From Planctomycetota bacterium (GTDB lineage: Bacteria; Planctomycetota; JAJSAM01; JAJVHW01), in NCBI GenBank assembly GCA_965248445.1, contig CBDFJG010000003.1, positions 608,001 through 672,000 on the forward strand: a stretch of 64,000 nt of DNA, in the 5' to 3' direction. The position numbers and the translations under genes were made by a program. The notes beneath the pieces are model-generated. The model ran no database searches. It was not told the origin of the DNA and was given only the letters and a program-made list of their open reading frames with translations. Numbering within the stretch: the stretch's first letter is position 1; every line of letters starts with the position of its first letter. This document shows positions 62,418-64,000 of this stretch, one piece after another.

Positions 62418-64000
62418 CCGCATCTGTTCACGAGACGTCGCGATGACGGTGCTTTCGGAGTCCACAGGGTCAGATCTTGGCCAGGCGAGGGCGGATGCTG
62501 TCGTCGTTGCCACAAGGGCAACGCGAGTGAGCGGCCGAAACGGCGCGGATTCTGCGGTGTGGGCAGACCGTAGGCCGGGCGGTGGTGTGGCGGACGGCGC
62601 GGCGGGACGTCAGGTCGGCTTCGGGGATGCCAGCAGTCGTTGCGCGCAGCGCTCGAAGACGTGCTGCCAGGGCCACGACGAGGACATCGAGACCCAGATC
62701 CGGCGCGTCGTGATCCGCACGAGCGCGCCGATCTTGAGCAGCCGCAGGCGGATCGTGCCGGCTTGCGCACGCGCCATCTCGGTGCCGGCGAGACCGATGC
62801 GTCGCAGCGCACAGGTCAGGACGTAGGCCATGGCCGACATGGCCATCCGCACGGCGTTGCCCTGCATCGTGTGCACCGACAGACGGGTGCCGAAGAGCTC
62901 GAGCTGCTGCTCCTTGATGCGATTCTCCGCCTCGCCCCGGGCGCAGTAGAGCTGCTCGTAGAGACGCTTGCTGCTCCAGCTACGAGGCGGCAGATTGGTC
63001 ACCACGAAGCGGGGATTGCGCTTGCCGCCCGGCAGGTGCTCGGCCTTGGCGACCACGCGACGCCTCTGGCTCCAGCTCCCCAGCGTGGTCCAGGCAAAGT
63101 CGCGAAAGACCCGGGCTGCTCGGCCGGTCTGCACGGCACGGGCTGCGGCCTCATCGAGCGCGTCTTCGACGTGTCGCTCAAGGCGCTCATTGCGCGCCAT
63201 GCCCAGCAGGTAGAAGTGGCCGGCGGCCTCGCACCAGGCCATCAGCTCCTCGCGGCAAAAGCCCGAGTCTGCGCGCACGAGCACCTTGGCCCGGGGCCAG
63301 CGGCGCCGCAGACGTAAGACCAGCGCACGGAGCTCGTCCACGACTCCGCGCGCGGGATCTCTGTCAGCGGTCTGGAGCCGAGCGAGCAAGAGGTGCTCGC
63401 CGCAGAAGACGTACAGCGGCAGGTAGCAGTAGTGCCCGTAGTAGCCGTGGAAGAAGCGGCCCTCCTGCCGGCCGTGCAGCCGCACGTCGGAGTGGTCCAG
63501 GTCCAGCACGAGCAGGCCCGGATCCTCCGGCCCCATGGCCTCGCAGAAGACGTCGCTGAGCACGCTGTCCACGCGCTCCTGGTCCATCTCGATCTTGGCG
63601 TAGCGCGTCTGTGCCGTGGCGCCGAGCTGCGTGGTCTCGAGCCGCGAGAGCGTCGGGTGCGTGGCCAGAGCACCCTCGCGCTTGCCGCACGCCGCGGCAA
63701 ACAGCGGGTCCTTGCCGACATGGTCGTGGTCCACCAGATCCTCGTAGCCCGCGCACAGCCCGAAGACCCGCTGACGCAGCATCTGGCCGACCGTGTGCTC
63801 GACCCGACGCGGGTCCCGGTGGTCCCCGAAGCAGCGCGCAAACCGCGAGAGCAGATCGATGCGACGATCGACCCGCTCGAGCAGCAGCACGCCCCCGTCG
63901 CTCGTCACGGTACCGGCGTCGAAGCGCGTCACCGCGGTGCGTCCACAGATGCCCGCGAAGAGGGTCCCCTGCGGGCTACAGTCTGTCGTCATCGGGCCGG
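62418..64000 (-). mobile_element. IS1380-family insertion sequence (other end outside the window)
   Basis: Transposase gene plus a candidate terminus CCGCATCTGTTCAC immediately after CTAG (62414-62417). Confidence 0.8.
62610..63992 (-). CDS. IS1380-family DDE transposase
   Basis: TSDGGVLLL, GYED, LDLD, HGRQEG, CYLPL, RADSGF, PRFVVTN, YCARGEAENRIKE. Confidence 0.93.
   Translation of the reverse strand: MTTDCSPQGTLFAGICGRTAVTRFDAGTVTSDGGVLLLERVDRRIDLLSRFARCFGDHRDPRRVEHTVGQMLRQRVFGLCAGYEDLVDHDHVGKDPLFAAACGKREGALATHPTLSRLETTQLGATAQTRYAKIEMDQERVDSVLSDVFCEAMGPEDPGLLVLDLDHSDVRLHGRQEGRFFHGYYGHYCYLPLYVFCGEHLLLARLQTADRDPARGVVDELRALVLRLRRRWPRAKVLVRADSGFCREELMAWCEAAGHFYLLGMARNERLERHVEDALDEAAARAVQTGRAARVFRDFAWTTLGSWSQRRRVVAKAEHLPGGKRNPRFVVTNLPPRSWSSKRLYEQLYCARGEAENRIKEQQLELFGTRLSVHTMQGNAVRMAMSAMAYVLTCALRRIGLAGTEMARAQAGTIRLRLLKIGALVRITTRRIWVSMSSSWPWQHVFERCAQRLLASPKPT

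Overview
High-GC (roughly 70% by eye), gene-dense bacterial window. The gene content suggests a Planctomycetota-like organism, which is inference only. It holds housekeeping genes (rpsU, rpiB, a tsaC-phosphatase fusion, dnaK, fabG, uvrA, purN, ileS, yggS, tilS, gap-pgk-rpe-accD) and two type II secretion/type IV filament clusters. It also has a sigma54 two-component pair, a Gld-like ABC system, an mrfAB-like repair pair with a 1-nt frameshift, an octaheme cytochrome-TPR protein, two Ser/Thr kinases and, at the right end, a MITE next to an IS1380-family element. The best hidden signal is an exported thioredoxin-fold selenoprotein (21005->20001). The ORF track splits it at an in-frame TGA, which gives a U-S-K-C redox motif followed by a SECIS-like hairpin. 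It lies in a minus-strand accessory run that also includes a subtilase with Glu/Asp/Ser in place of the Asp/His/Ser triad. Other notable signals: a twice-repeated operator palindrome defining a small regulon, a recurrent leaderless-promoter signature, and an IleRS whose HIGH motif reads HPGQ. No rRNA, tRNA or CRISPR array was seen. All calls come from reading motifs by eye; no searches were run.
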